Assembly (NCBI GenBank): GCA_040752415.1
Contig: JBFMGU010000075.1
Coordinates: 1 to 41,323, forward strand
From: Myxococcota bacterium
GTDB lineage: Bacteria; Myxococcota; JACRCW01
Direction of reading: 5' to 3'
DNA length: 41,323 bases
Of this stretch, positions 27,266 to 36,470 are shown in pieces; position 1 is the stretch's first letter, and every line of letters begins with the position of its first letter. The translations under genes and the position numbers were made by a program. A model generated the notes under the pieces. It searched no databases and had not been told where the DNA came from. It was given only the letters and a program-made list of their open reading frames with translations.

Positions 27266-28824
27266 GCTTTGTCGAGCGACTCCAGGCGTACCTGGATGCA
27301 GGCTTTCCCGTGCTTGCCGTGACCACCGCCGAGGAGTCGCGCGCGGAGCTGGACCTGGTGGCGGCGGCCCGCGGCACGGAACGGCGCGCGTTCTACTGGA
27401 GCGTCACCGAGGGAATCGTCGGGCTCACGGAGAAACGGCGCGAGCCCAATCACGCGAAGAATCCGATGGGCGCGCTCACGTGGGCGGAGCAGGCGGGCGC
27501 GGATTCCGTCGTCATCCTGCGGGATTTCCACTTCTACCTGCAGAACCCGGAGATCCTCCGCAAGCTGCGTGACCTCACCAAGCTGTTCCGCACCACCAAC
27601 CAATCCCTGGTCCTCCTTGGCGTGCGCTGCCAACTCCCTCCCGAGGTGGAGAAGGAAGTCACCGTCCTCGAGTACGCCCTCCCCGACCGCGCGTACCTGC
27701 GTCAGCTCATGGAGCGCGTGCTGCAGAGCGCCCGTGCCTCCAACCCGCATCCCGAAGCCGCCATCCCCGAGCCCAGCGACGTCGTGCGCGAGCGTGCCAT
27801 CGAGGCCGCGCTGGGTCTGACGGCGTTTGAAGCGGAGAACGCGTTTGCGCTCAGCCTGGTGGTGAAGCGCGCGGTGGACCCGGACCTGATCAACGAGGAG
27901 AAGGCCGCCGCAGTCCGCAAGAGCGGTGTCCTCGAGGTCATCCAGAGCGCGGACACATTGGAGAGCGTGGGTGGTGTCTCCGTGCTCAAGGAGTGGCTGC
28001 GCAAGCGTCGACGGGCGTTCTCTCCGCAGGCGCGCGACTTCGGCTTGCCGGCTCCGCGCGGAATCATCCTCATTGGCGTGCCGGGCAGCGGAAAGAGCCT
28101 GCTGGCCAAGTCCGTGGCCACGACGTGGAAGCTGCCGCTGCTGCGCCTGGACATTGGCAAGGTGTTCGGCTCGCTCGTCGGAGAGAGCGAGGGGAACCTG
28201 CGGCGCGCGCTGGCCACGGCGGAAGCGGCCAGCCCGGCGGTGCTGTGGATCGACGAGATCGAGAAGGGCCTCAGCGGCGTGGCCAGCAGCAACCGCTCCG
28301 ACGCTGGCACCACCGCGCGCGTCTTTGGTCATTTCCTGACGTGGATGCAGGAGAAGCGCGCGCCCGTTTTTGTCGTGGCCACGGCCAACGCCATTGAGGC
28401 GCTGCCGCCGGAGTTCCTGCGCAAGGGCCGCTTTGACGAGATCTTCTTCGTGGACCTCCCCACCGAGGCGGAGCGGGAAGAGATCCTGCGCATCCACCTC
28501 GCCCGTCGGAAGCGCGAGATGGAAGAAGCCGCGGTGCGCGAGCTGGCCCGCATGTCCGACGGATATACCGGCGCGGAGCTGGAGGAGGCCGTGGTCAGCG
28601 CGCTGTTTGACGCGTTTGATGACACGCAGCGCGACCTCCATCCCGCCGACGTCATGCAGTCGCTCACCGCCATGACGCCGCTGAGCGTGATGATGAGCAC
28701 CGAGATCAAGGCGCTGCGTGAGTGGGCCAGACATCGGGCGCGTCCCGCGTCGTCGGCGCCACACCCGGAGTCCGTGCCCGCGCAGGGCGTGCGTCGGATG
28801 CGCTTGGGGAGGGAGGAGGCATGA
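27262..28824 (+). CDS. Ycf46-family AAA+ ATPase
   Basis: N-terminal TTAEESR and ILRDFH (degenerate first domain). Walker A GVPGSGKS, Walker B LWIDEIEK, TAN..LPPEFLRKGRFDEIFFVDLP, LREWA end. Confidence 0.9.
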   Translation: MSFVERLQAYLDAGFPVLAVTTAEESRAELDLVAAARGTERRAFYWSVTEGIVGLTEKRREPNHAKNPMGALTWAEQAGADSVVILRDFHFYLQNPEILRKLRDLTKLFRTTNQSLVLLGVRCQLPPEVEKEVTVLEYALPDRAYLRQLMERVLQSARASNPHPEAAIPEPSDVVRERAIEAALGLTAFEAENAFALSLVVKRAVDPDLINEEKAAAVRKSGVLEVIQSADTLESVGGVSVLKEWLRKRRRAFSPQARDFGLPAPRGIILIGVPGSGKSLLAKSVATTWKLPLLRLDIGKVFGSLVGESEGNLRRALATAEAASPAVLWIDEIEKGLSGVASSNRSDAGTTARVFGHFLTWMQEKRAPVFVVATANAIEALPPEFLRKGRFDEIFFVDLPTEAEREEILRIHLARRKREMEEAAVRELARMSDGYTGAELEEAVVSALFDAFDDTQRDLHPADVMQSLTAMTPLSVMMSTEIKALREWARHRARPASSAPHPESVPAQGVRRMRLGREEA

Positions 28825-29201
28825 GCCATCTCAGCACCGTGAAGACGCAGGTGAAGGACCTGGCCGCGCTCACCGACGCCCTGGCGGAGATGGGATTCAC
28901 GCTGGTGATGGGCGGGACAGTCTCCGCGGCGGGACAGACCATGTCCGTTGACGCGTCCATGACGCTGCCCAGCGGACGCGTGGCCGGTTTCAAGCGCACC
29001 GCCGACGGAACCTACGAGATGGTGACCGATTGGTATTACGTGCAGCGTGAGCTCGGGAATTCCGCGCAGTTCACGCAGCGCCTGCAGCAGATGTACGGCG
29101 TGCACAAGGCCACGCGTGAGGCCACCGTGCAGGGCTACACCGTGCAACGCGAGACCGACGCGCAGGGCGTCATCCGGCTCACGCTGAGCCGCGCGTACTG
29201 A
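28821..29201 (+). CDS. DUF1257 (Ycf35-like) protein
   Basis: MSHLSTVKTQVKDLAALTDALAEMG, GFKR..DGTYEMVTD, LQQMY, QGY..V, GVIRLTL. ATGA overlap with the ATPase. Confidence 0.85.
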   Translation: MSHLSTVKTQVKDLAALTDALAEMGFTLVMGGTVSAAGQTMSVDASMTLPSGRVAGFKRTADGTYEMVTDWYYVQRELGNSAQFTQRLQQMYGVHKATREATVQGYTVQRETDAQGVIRLTLSRAY

Positions 29202-29211
29202 GGGGGATGTC

Positions 29212-29409
29212 ATGACGCAGCCAAGGATCGTCGTGGAGTTCCATCCCAACGGAACCGTCCAGGTGAAACCGGAGGGCTTTCCCGGCGGGCAGTGTCGCGA
29301 CGCCACGCGTTTCCTCGAGGAGGCCCTGGGCCAGGTGGTGGAGAGCACCGACACGGCTGAGGCGTTCATGACGGAGATCGTGGACTCGCAGAACATCCGC
29401 GGCTCCTGA
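29212..29409 (+). CDS. DUF2997 protein
   Basis: 65 aa: IVVEFHPNGTVQVKPEGFPGGQCRDATRFLEEALG..TAEAF, in the usual position after DUF1257. Confidence 0.85.
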   Translation: MTQPRIVVEFHPNGTVQVKPEGFPGGQCRDATRFLEEALGQVVESTDTAEAFMTEIVDSQNIRGS

Positions 29410-30371
29410 TGAGACCCGCCGACATCCCCGCGCGCATTGCCCACGCCCGCGAGCTGTACCGACGCTGCGTGGCCTGTGAATGGCGCTGTGGCGTCGACCG
29501 CGTGGCGGGTGAGTTGGGACGCTGCGGTCTGGATGCGCAGGGACGCGTGGCGCGTGAGTCGCTCTCCGTGGGCGAGGAGGCGGACCTTTCTCCGTCACAC
29601 CTGGTGTACTTCTCGGGCTGCAGCTTCCGCTGCGCGTTCTGCCTCTCGGGTGAGATGGTGGTGCATCCGCGGAAGCCGGCACCGACGTCGCTGCGGGTGC
29701 TGACCGACGCCGTGATGCAACGCCAGCAGGAGGGCGCGCGCACGCTGAATGTGCTGGGAGGTGACCCTTCCGTGAACGTGCTGGCCATCCTGGAGCTGGT
29801 GGCCGCGCTCCCTCCCAACGTGAAGCTGGTGTGGAACACCAACCTCTACCACTCCGACGAGGTGGCGGAGCTGCTGGATGGCGTCGTCGACGTGTGGCTG
29901 GCGGACCTGAAGTTCGGCCAGGACGCATGCGCCCGGCGGTTGGCGCAGGTGGAGCGATACACCGAGGTGGTGCACCGGAATCTCCGCCGGGTGCGCGCGG
30001 GTGGGCAGCGACTCATGGTGCGTCACCTGCTGATGCCGGGGCACCTGGAGTGCTGCACGGAGCCGGTGGCGTTGTTCCTGGCGCGCGAGCTTCCCGACGT
30101 GGAAGTGAGCCTCATGGGCACCTTCCTGCCGCTGCACCGGACCCCGGACTGCGCGGAGCTGCTGGCGGACCCCACGTGGGATGGCGCGGAACAGGCGCGT
30201 CGGATTGCCGCGAAGCACGGTCTGCGCACCGTCACGCCGAGCGCGTTGGACGGAGTGACGACGAGAACGCGCGGCTACGCCGGCACGCTGTTCTTCGACG
30301 CGAATGGCAATGTGACGATGATGGACCCGAGCGCGGACGTGATGGCACTGGCGCGCGCGCTGTCACACTGA
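29409..30371 (+). CDS. Radical SAM protein, PflX-like
   Basis: N-terminal CVACEWRCGVDR..GRC, CxxxCxxC (CSFRCAFC), GGDP, VWNTN, DVWLADLKFG, VRHLLMPGHLECCT. Confidence 0.88.
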   Translation: MRPADIPARIAHARELYRRCVACEWRCGVDRVAGELGRCGLDAQGRVARESLSVGEEADLSPSHLVYFSGCSFRCAFCLSGEMVVHPRKPAPTSLRVLTDAVMQRQQEGARTLNVLGGDPSVNVLAILELVAALPPNVKLVWNTNLYHSDEVAELLDGVVDVWLADLKFGQDACARRLAQVERYTEVVHRNLRRVRAGGQRLMVRHLLMPGHLECCTEPVALFLARELPDVEVSLMGTFLPLHRTPDCAELLADPTWDGAEQARRIAAKHGLRTVTPSALDGVTTRTRGYAGTLFFDANGNVTMMDPSADVMALARALSH

Positions 30372-30379
30372 TCGGGCAA

Positions 30380-33300
30380 TCACCACACGGTGCTCTCGAC
30401 GGTGGCGGTGACGCCGGTGGTGGTCTGTCCCCCCACCAGGAAGATGCGACCGCTCTCCAGCGAGGAGCCCATCAACGCACGCGGCCGGACCAGGCTGATG
30501 CCCGCCGCGTTCCAGTTCTTGAGGTCGGGTGGGTCTGCGGGTTGGCCGCCGCAGCTCAGGCCTATTCCGCACAGCTCCGCCGACGTCACCGCGTTGCTGG
30601 GCGTGCCGCCGGAAGCACCTCCGAACAGGAAGAGCTGGTTGGCCGCGGCGAGGAACGCACCTCCCGCACGTGCGGGCATGTTGTCCGTGGCGGTGAACGC
30701 GGTGAGGCTTCCACCCGCCTGCACCCGCGCGGCATCCACGTCGGTGATTTCGTTGCCGCCGTTGTCCAGCCCGCCGCCCACGTAGACCCAGGAGTCGCTT
30801 CCCACGCGGATGGTGACGAGCTCACTGGCGGTGGTGGCCCCCAGCTGCCAACGCCCCGACGCCAGTGTGCTCCCGGACACGGACCATGACTGCGGAGTCT
30901 GCGAGCCGTCGGCGTTCAAGGTGATGGGTAGGATCTCCACGTCGTCGAGCACGTTGCCCGCGCCGTTACGCCCGCCCACGACGTAGAGATAGGCGCGCGT
31001 GGCATCCACGGGATCCATGGCATAGGCCAACCCGGCGCCTTCACGCGCGGTGTTGAGCAAGGGCAGCGTGGCCCACTCCCCCAGGTCGCCGATGACGCGC
31101 GGGCGCTCCGCGGTGGTGGCGGCACCCGTGTCGACGAGCTGGAGCTCCGTGTCCGGCACTTCCGCCAGCAGTTCCTCCGCTCCGGACACCAGGCCGGGCG
31201 TGGGGCTGCGATAGACGCGGTACGCCTGCGCTCCGGTCACCGCGGTCCAATGCACCGTGACGTGCATGGGCAGCGCAAGGCCAGCGGGAATCACCACGGG
31301 CTGCGCGTCGGAAGGCAGGGTCTCGCCGCCGGGGTTGGAGGGATCATTGTCCGCCATCACCGCCGAGACCCGGTAGTACCAGAGCCCGGAGGCCAGGCCG
31401 CCCGCGCTCTCCACCAGCGCCAGCTGCACCTCGGAGATCGACGGTGCGGCCAGCGGGTCCAGCACCTCGGCGCGCAACACGTCGCTGCGCACACCGGTCC
31501 CATCCTGGCCTCCCACGACGTAGATGAAGCGCCCCAGCGTGACGGCGGAGGCAAGCGTCCTGGCCTCTGGCAACGGGCGCGGGAGGAAGCGCCAGCTGCG
31601 CACGGCACCAAACCGGTCCAGCAGCGCCGCCTCCACCGAGTCCAACGGCGACGCGCTGGTGCCAGTGTCTCCGCCCAGTGCGTAGAGGAAACGTGCAAAG
31701 CGGCTCGGCCGCCCCGCCACCAGCGCTGGCGCACGACGGGCCACCTGCATGGGCGACTGGTCGGTGAACGCGGCAATGTTCTCCGCCGGCGTGGTGATGC
31801 CCACCGCGGCGAACTCTCCGTAGCTCCCGTCGGGATTGGTGACGCGCATCAGGCAGACGGACCCCACCGGGATCGACGACGCGTCGACGGTGACGTCGAG
31901 GATGGTGGCGGCGGCGGTGTTGATGGCAACCGGGAAGGTCTGCGGGGCGCCGGTGGGCGGCTGGCAGATGAGCTGGGCCGTGGAAGTTGCCTGGAACCCC
32001 GTTCCCCGGATCTCCGCCGCCACGCCCGTGCTGCCAGGGAAGGATCCCGGCGACACCACGTCGACGAGCGGCGGGGGATCCACCGTCACCACAAAACCCG
32101 TGATCACCCCCACGGACCCGTCCGGGTTCACCACCACCACGTCGTAGGTTCCGGGCTGGAGTCCCGCGGGGACCAGGCCGGTGAGCTCGGTGGAGTTGAC
32201 GAAGGAGACCGCGTTCATCAGCACGGCCAGGGCGTTGCCACCCGCCACCGCGGGGCTGAGGTAGACGCGCGGCACGTTGAGGAAGGCGCGGTCGGTGCCC
32301 GGCGTCGTCGGAGGATCGCGCGCGGTCACCACCACGGAGCTCACGCCCCCCGACCAGGCAAACGGCGGATCCACCGTGGCCACGTCGATGGTGAGCCGGT
32401 CCGTGACCGTGACCCCGCCGGCCAACGTTGCCTCGCAGTTGACGTCGTCACGGACCACCACGTCGTAATCCCCCGCGGCCTGACCGGCGGGGATCACCGC
32501 CTGCACCAGCGTGGGCCTCCCCGGGTCGTAGGTGTGGACCAGCGTTACGGGAGCACCGCCCCCTGCGGGGACAATGGAGACGCTGGCGACGTCACCGCCG
32601 TTGATGCCCGAGACGTAGATGGTGACCTGCAGGCTGATGCCGTTGTAGGCCACCGGCGGGTCGACGAAGAACACGTTGGGCCGCTGCACCACGGTGACCG
32701 CCGCGGGCAGCGTGTCCTCGCAGGCGACGCCATTGGAAACCGTGGCGTCGTAGGTCCCGGGGGAGAGGCCGGTGAAGGAGGCATCCAGCGTGCTGCTGTC
32801 CACGTAGTCCACCGTCGAGGCAGCGAACGGCCCCAGCGCCACCGACGTGAACGGGGTGAGGTCGGCGCCCGCGAAGGTGAAGCGCGCGTCGCCTTCACAC
32901 ACCAGTCCCGGGGTCACGCTGCTGAGCGTGGGCGGCAGAGCCATGATGAACAGCGCACTGTCCGAGCACGGCTGCGTGATGGGCTGGGCCACCTCGATCA
33001 GGTGGTCACCCGCGGCCAACGGCGCGCCCGGCACCGCCAACTCCAGCGTGGTGCAACGCCGCACATCCACGTAGGCGCCACGGACCGGCTCGCAACCGGA
33101 GATGGACTGCACGGCTGCCGGGACACCGTCGAACAGCACCAGCGGATTGCGGCCCTCCACGACGAGGAAGCCGGTGGATTGCAGGGTGATGGAGGCGGGT
33201 GAGTTGGGCACGCACTCCCGTGCCGGCGACACCACGGTGATCTGGAAGTCCCGGCACAGGTCGAGGGTGGCGCAGCTCACCAGGCATCCGTCGGTATTGT

Positions 33301-34579
33301 CCAGGTTGGCGTCGTCGCACGCCTCCCGTCCCGCCCACACCTGGCCGTCGCCGCACCGCGCCGGCACGCACCCGGGCAGGCAAGCATCGGTCAGGCCGCC
33401 GTTCCCGTCGTCACAGGCCTCCTCGCCCAGGTGCACCAGGCCATCCCCGCACACGGCGGGTTGGCCCGCGGCGGTGCACGCGTCGCCATCGAACGTGTTT
33501 CCGTCGTCGCAGAGCTCCACGCCCGCCCACACGAAGCCGTCGCCCGGACCGGCGGTCTGACAGGTGGTCAGGCAGGCATCGGTGTTGTCGACGTTCCCGT
33601 CGTCGCAGGCCTCCCCCGCTTGGCGCACGCCGTCACCGCAGCCGGGCCGCGTGCAGTCATTCCGGCAGCCGTCGGCGTCGACCCGGTTGCCGTCATCACA
33701 CGCCTCGCGTCCACGCCAGACCAGGCCGTCACCGCAGACGTTGGCGCGGCACGCGCTGGTGCAGCCGTCGTCGTCAAGGAGGTTCCCGTCGTCGCAGGCC
33801 TCCAGGTACTCCACCACGCCGTTGCCGCATGTCGGGAGCGCGCACTGCGCGGTGCAAGCGTCCCCGTCCGCCAGGTTCCCGTCGTCACACTGCTCGCCGG
33901 GCTGCAGGAATCCGTCGCCACAGCGCGCGCGCGTGCAGTCGTTGAGGCAGGAGTCGGTGGGGTCGGCGTTGCCGTCGTCGCATTCCTCCCCCGCGCCCAG
34001 CGCTCCGTCGCCGCAGCCGGCGGTCAGGCAGGTGGACAGACAGCCGTCGGTGTCGTCGGAGTTGCCGTCGTCGCAGTCCTCGCCGGGCTGCACCTTTCCG
34101 TCGCCGCAGCTCGCCAACGCGCACGTCCGCGTGCAGGCGTCGGTGTCGTCGGCGTTGCCGTCGTCACAGGCCTCCACGCCCAGGCGCACAAGCCCATCTC
34201 CGCACGCCGCCAGGCGGCAGGTGGTGGTGCACGCATCCAGGTCGTCGGCGTTGCCGTCGTCACACTCCTCGGTGCCCTGCATCTCTCCGTCGCCGCAGAA
34301 CGACGTTCGGCAGGCGGTGGTGCAGTCGTCCCGGTCGCTCAGGTTGCCGTCGTCGCATTCTTCGCCGGGCTGGAGGATGCCGTCGCCGCAGGCGGGGATG
34401 GTGCAGAGGCTGGTGCAGCGGTCGCCGTCGGCAGTGTTTCCGTCGTCACAGCGCTCCCCCTGCTCCAGCTTCCCGTTGCCGCAGCGCGGCTCCTCCTGGC
34501 ACGCGGCAGGACATCCCGCGGCCAGCGCCACGACGAGCAGCGCGCCCCAGAGGGGTGTGCCGCGGTCAGGGGAAGTCAT
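30380..34579 (-). CDS. Large surface lipoprotein: 13 myxobacterial Cys-rich (DUF4215-type) repeats, Ig/IPT-like domains and a Kelch propeller
   Basis: LAAGC lipobox, CGDG..CDDGN repeats, YDVVVxNPDG-type IPT repeats, Kelch blades LYALGG / IYVVGG / LYVVGG / VYVGGG / LFLFGG / IFLVGG. Confidence 0.88.
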   Translation of the reverse strand: MTSPDRGTPLWGALLVVALAAGCPAACQEEPRCGNGKLEQGERCDDGNTADGDRCTSLCTIPACGDGILQPGEECDDGNLSDRDDCTTACRTSFCGDGEMQGTEECDDGNADDLDACTTTCRLAACGDGLVRLGVEACDDGNADDTDACTRTCALASCGDGKVQPGEDCDDGNSDDTDGCLSTCLTAGCGDGALGAGEECDDGNADPTDSCLNDCTRARCGDGFLQPGEQCDDGNLADGDACTAQCALPTCGNGVVEYLEACDDGNLLDDDGCTSACRANVCGDGLVWRGREACDDGNRVDADGCRNDCTRPGCGDGVRQAGEACDDGNVDNTDACLTTCQTAGPGDGFVWAGVELCDDGNTFDGDACTAAGQPAVCGDGLVHLGEEACDDGNGGLTDACLPGCVPARCGDGQVWAGREACDDANLDNTDGCLVSCATLDLCRDFQITVVSPARECVPNSPASITLQSTGFLVVEGRNPLVLFDGVPAAVQSISGCEPVRGAYVDVRRCTTLELAVPGAPLAAGDHLIEVAQPITQPCSDSALFIMALPPTLSSVTPGLVCEGDARFTFAGADLTPFTSVALGPFAASTVDYVDSSTLDASFTGLSPGTYDATVSNGVACEDTLPAAVTVVQRPNVFFVDPPVAYNGISLQVTIYVSGINGGDVASVSIVPAGGGAPVTLVHTYDPGRPTLVQAVIPAGQAAGDYDVVVRDDVNCEATLAGGVTVTDRLTIDVATVDPPFAWSGGVSSVVVTARDPPTTPGTDRAFLNVPRVYLSPAVAGGNALAVLMNAVSFVNSTELTGLVPAGLQPGTYDVVVVNPDGSVGVITGFVVTVDPPPLVDVVSPGSFPGSTGVAAEIRGTGFQATSTAQLICQPPTGAPQTFPVAINTAAATILDVTVDASSIPVGSVCLMRVTNPDGSYGEFAAVGITTPAENIAAFTDQSPMQVARRAPALVAGRPSRFARFLYALGGDTGTSASPLDSVEAALLDRFGAVRSWRFLPRPLPEARTLASAVTLGRFIYVVGGQDGTGVRSDVLRAEVLDPLAAPSISEVQLALVESAGGLASGLWYYRVSAVMADNDPSNPGGETLPSDAQPVVIPAGLALPMHVTVHWTAVTGAQAYRVYRSPTPGLVSGAEELLAEVPDTELQLVDTGAATTAERPRVIGDLGEWATLPLLNTAREGAGLAYAMDPVDATRAYLYVVGGRNGAGNVLDDVEILPITLNADGSQTPQSWSVSGSTLASGRWQLGATTASELVTIRVGSDSWVYVGGGLDNGGNEITDVDAARVQAGGSLTAFTATDNMPARAGGAFLAAANQLFLFGGASGGTPSNAVTSAELCGIGLSCGGQPADPPDLKNWNAAGISLVRPRALMGSSLESGRIFLVGGQTTTGVTATVESTVW

Positions 34580-36197
34580 GCTCGCACACGTAGCCCGCCA
34601 GCAGGCCGCAGTCCTCATCCGTCCACGTCCCATCCGCGCTGGTCATGCGCGCACAATCCTCACCGGGCGCCGCGTCGTCGGGCTGGCCGGTTGCGAAGTT
34701 GCTGAACGAGGGCGCCAGGAGCTGCCCGGGCCCGACCAACCACAGGAATGTGCCTTCCGAGAAACTGTCTGTCATCCCCGTCCACGCGCTCCCGCCAAAG
34801 GCCGCGTCTGCCACCAGGGCCATCACCACGTCGTTCTCGGCCTGGGACTGGATGCTCACCAGGTGCGCTCCCATGGCGTCGCACGCGTTGGCGGCGCTCA
34901 GCCAGTCCGTCGTCGTGGTGAATCCCATGTAGCAGCCGCCCGCGGTCTGTGTGGGCGTCACGTCACCCAGCGCGCACTCGTGCTGGCAGCTGGCGCTGCA
35001 CCAGTCGCCGTCCACCAGGTTGCCGTCGTCGCACTGCTCCGTCCCCGCCTGCACCACTCCATCTCCGCACGCGGCCGCCACGCAGGTGGAGAGGCACGCA
35101 TCCGTGTCGTCGCGGTTGCCGTCGTCGCAGGCCTCCACGCCCTCGCGCGTCACACCGTCGCCGCACGCGGCCGGCGCGCACGCGTTGGTGCACCCGTCGG
35201 TGTCGACCCCATTCCCGTCATCACACGCCTCCACGCCCGCGCGCACGAACCCGTCGCCGCAGGTCGGTGCGACGCAGGTGCTGAGGCATCCGTCGGTGTC
35301 GTCCTGGTTGCCGTCGTCGCACGCCTCGGTTCCCGCCTGCACCGCGCCGTCGCCGCAGCGGGCGGCCAGGCAGGTGCGGAGACACGCGTCGGTGTCATCG
35401 GGGTTGCCGTCGTCACACGCCTCCCCCGCCTGGACGAAGCCGTCACCGCAGGTGGGCAGGCCGCAGGTGCTGGTGCAGGAGTCGGTGTTGGTGGTGTTGC
35501 CGTCGTCACACGCCTCCACGCCGCGCCACACCTTGCCATCCCCGCAGCCCGCCAACGTGCAGTCATTGAGACAGGCGTCGGACTCGTCGGCGTTGCCGTC
35601 GTCGCACTCCTCGGTACCCTGCATGAAGCCGTCGCCGCAGCGTGCGTTCAGGCAGGTGGTGAGGCAGGCGTCCTGGTTGGAGCGGTTCCCGTCGTCGCAT
35701 TCCTCGCCGGGCTGCACGTTGCCGTCCCCGCAGCTGGCCGCGGCGCAGGTGCCGGTGCAGGCATCCGTGTCGTCGGCGTTGCCGTCGTCGCAGGCCTCCA
35801 CGCCCACGCGGACCAGCCCATCTCCGCACACCGCCCGCTTGCACTCTCGGGTGCAGGCGTCCGTGTCGTCGGCGTTGCCGTCGTCGCACTCCTCGGGCGT
35901 CTCACCGCCGCGGTGGAGGATGCCGTCTCCGCAGCGCGGCAGCTCGCAGGTGGCGGTGCACCCGTCGAAGTCCAGGCGGTTGCCGTCGTCGCATTCCTCA
36001 CCGGCCTGCATGAGCCCGTCGCCGCAGCGCGGCAGGGTGCAGATGCTGGTGCAGCGGTCGCCGTCAGCGGTGTTCCCGTCGTCGCATTCCTCACCGGGGT
36101 CCAGGTTCTTGTCGCCACATTTGGGCTCCTCCTGGCACCCCAGGCTCAACGCCACCAAGGCAAGGACGGACACCACGGACAGGGGAGCTCGGCGCAT
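34566..36197 (-). CDS. Surface lipoprotein: 12 DUF4215-type repeats and a C-terminal C-type lectin domain
   Basis: LSLGC lipobox and 12 CDDGN units. CTLD motifs CY..W..A..C..GAHLVSI, WTG, QPD, EDC, WTDEDC, YVCE. Confidence 0.88.
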   Translation of the reverse strand: MRRAPLSVVSVLALVALSLGCQEEPKCGDKNLDPGEECDDGNTADGDRCTSICTLPRCGDGLMQAGEECDDGNRLDFDGCTATCELPRCGDGILHRGGETPEECDDGNADDTDACTRECKRAVCGDGLVRVGVEACDDGNADDTDACTGTCAAASCGDGNVQPGEECDDGNRSNQDACLTTCLNARCGDGFMQGTEECDDGNADESDACLNDCTLAGCGDGKVWRGVEACDDGNTTNTDSCTSTCGLPTCGDGFVQAGEACDDGNPDDTDACLRTCLAARCGDGAVQAGTEACDDGNQDDTDGCLSTCVAPTCGDGFVRAGVEACDDGNGVDTDGCTNACAPAACGDGVTREGVEACDDGNRDDTDACLSTCVAAACGDGVVQAGTEQCDDGNLVDGDWCSASCQHECALGDVTPTQTAGGCYMGFTTTTDWLSAANACDAMGAHLVSIQSQAENDVVMALVADAAFGGSAWTGMTDSFSEGTFLWLVGPGQLLAPSFSNFATGQPDDAAPGEDCARMTSADGTWTDEDCGLLAGYVCEHDFP

Positions 36198-36388
36198 CGC
36201 AGGGATCCTTTTCCCGAAGGGGGTTGGTGCCCCGAGGATCCCTGGACGCTGGCTTGAGCGCAACCGGGTGGCGGGGGAAGTCCCCGGTGTGGCGGAAATT
36301 CAGAATCCCTGCCCGTGCCCGGCCTGTGGGAAGCCTCAGCGCAGAGGGTCATCCGCGGAAAACCTCGTCGTCCCCTGAGCCCCCACAC

Positions 36389-36430
36389 CGGGCACGGGCA
36401 GCGGCAGGGGCACGGGCAGGGGCACGGGCA
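36389..36430. repeat. Hexamer tandem repeat (NNGGCA)x7 within an intergenic hairpin element
   Basis: cgggca cgggca gcggca ggggca cgggca ggggca cgggca. Complementary tgcccgtgcccg at 36310-36321. Confidence 0.8.
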
Positions 36431-36470
36431 ATTCGGAGCGCGGGCGCGGATGGGCGGGTGCGCGAGAATC

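Noticed and set aside
34566..34960. C-type lectin tip as a possible diversity-generating retroelement target
   Set aside because: No reverse transcriptase and no template/variable repeat pair with adenine-specific differences seen in the window.
33290..36130. Regularly recurring gttgccgtcgtcgca motif resembling a CRISPR or DNA repeat array
   Set aside because: It is the coding sequence of the CDDGN protein repeats: in-frame, degenerate at third positions, and with no cas genes.
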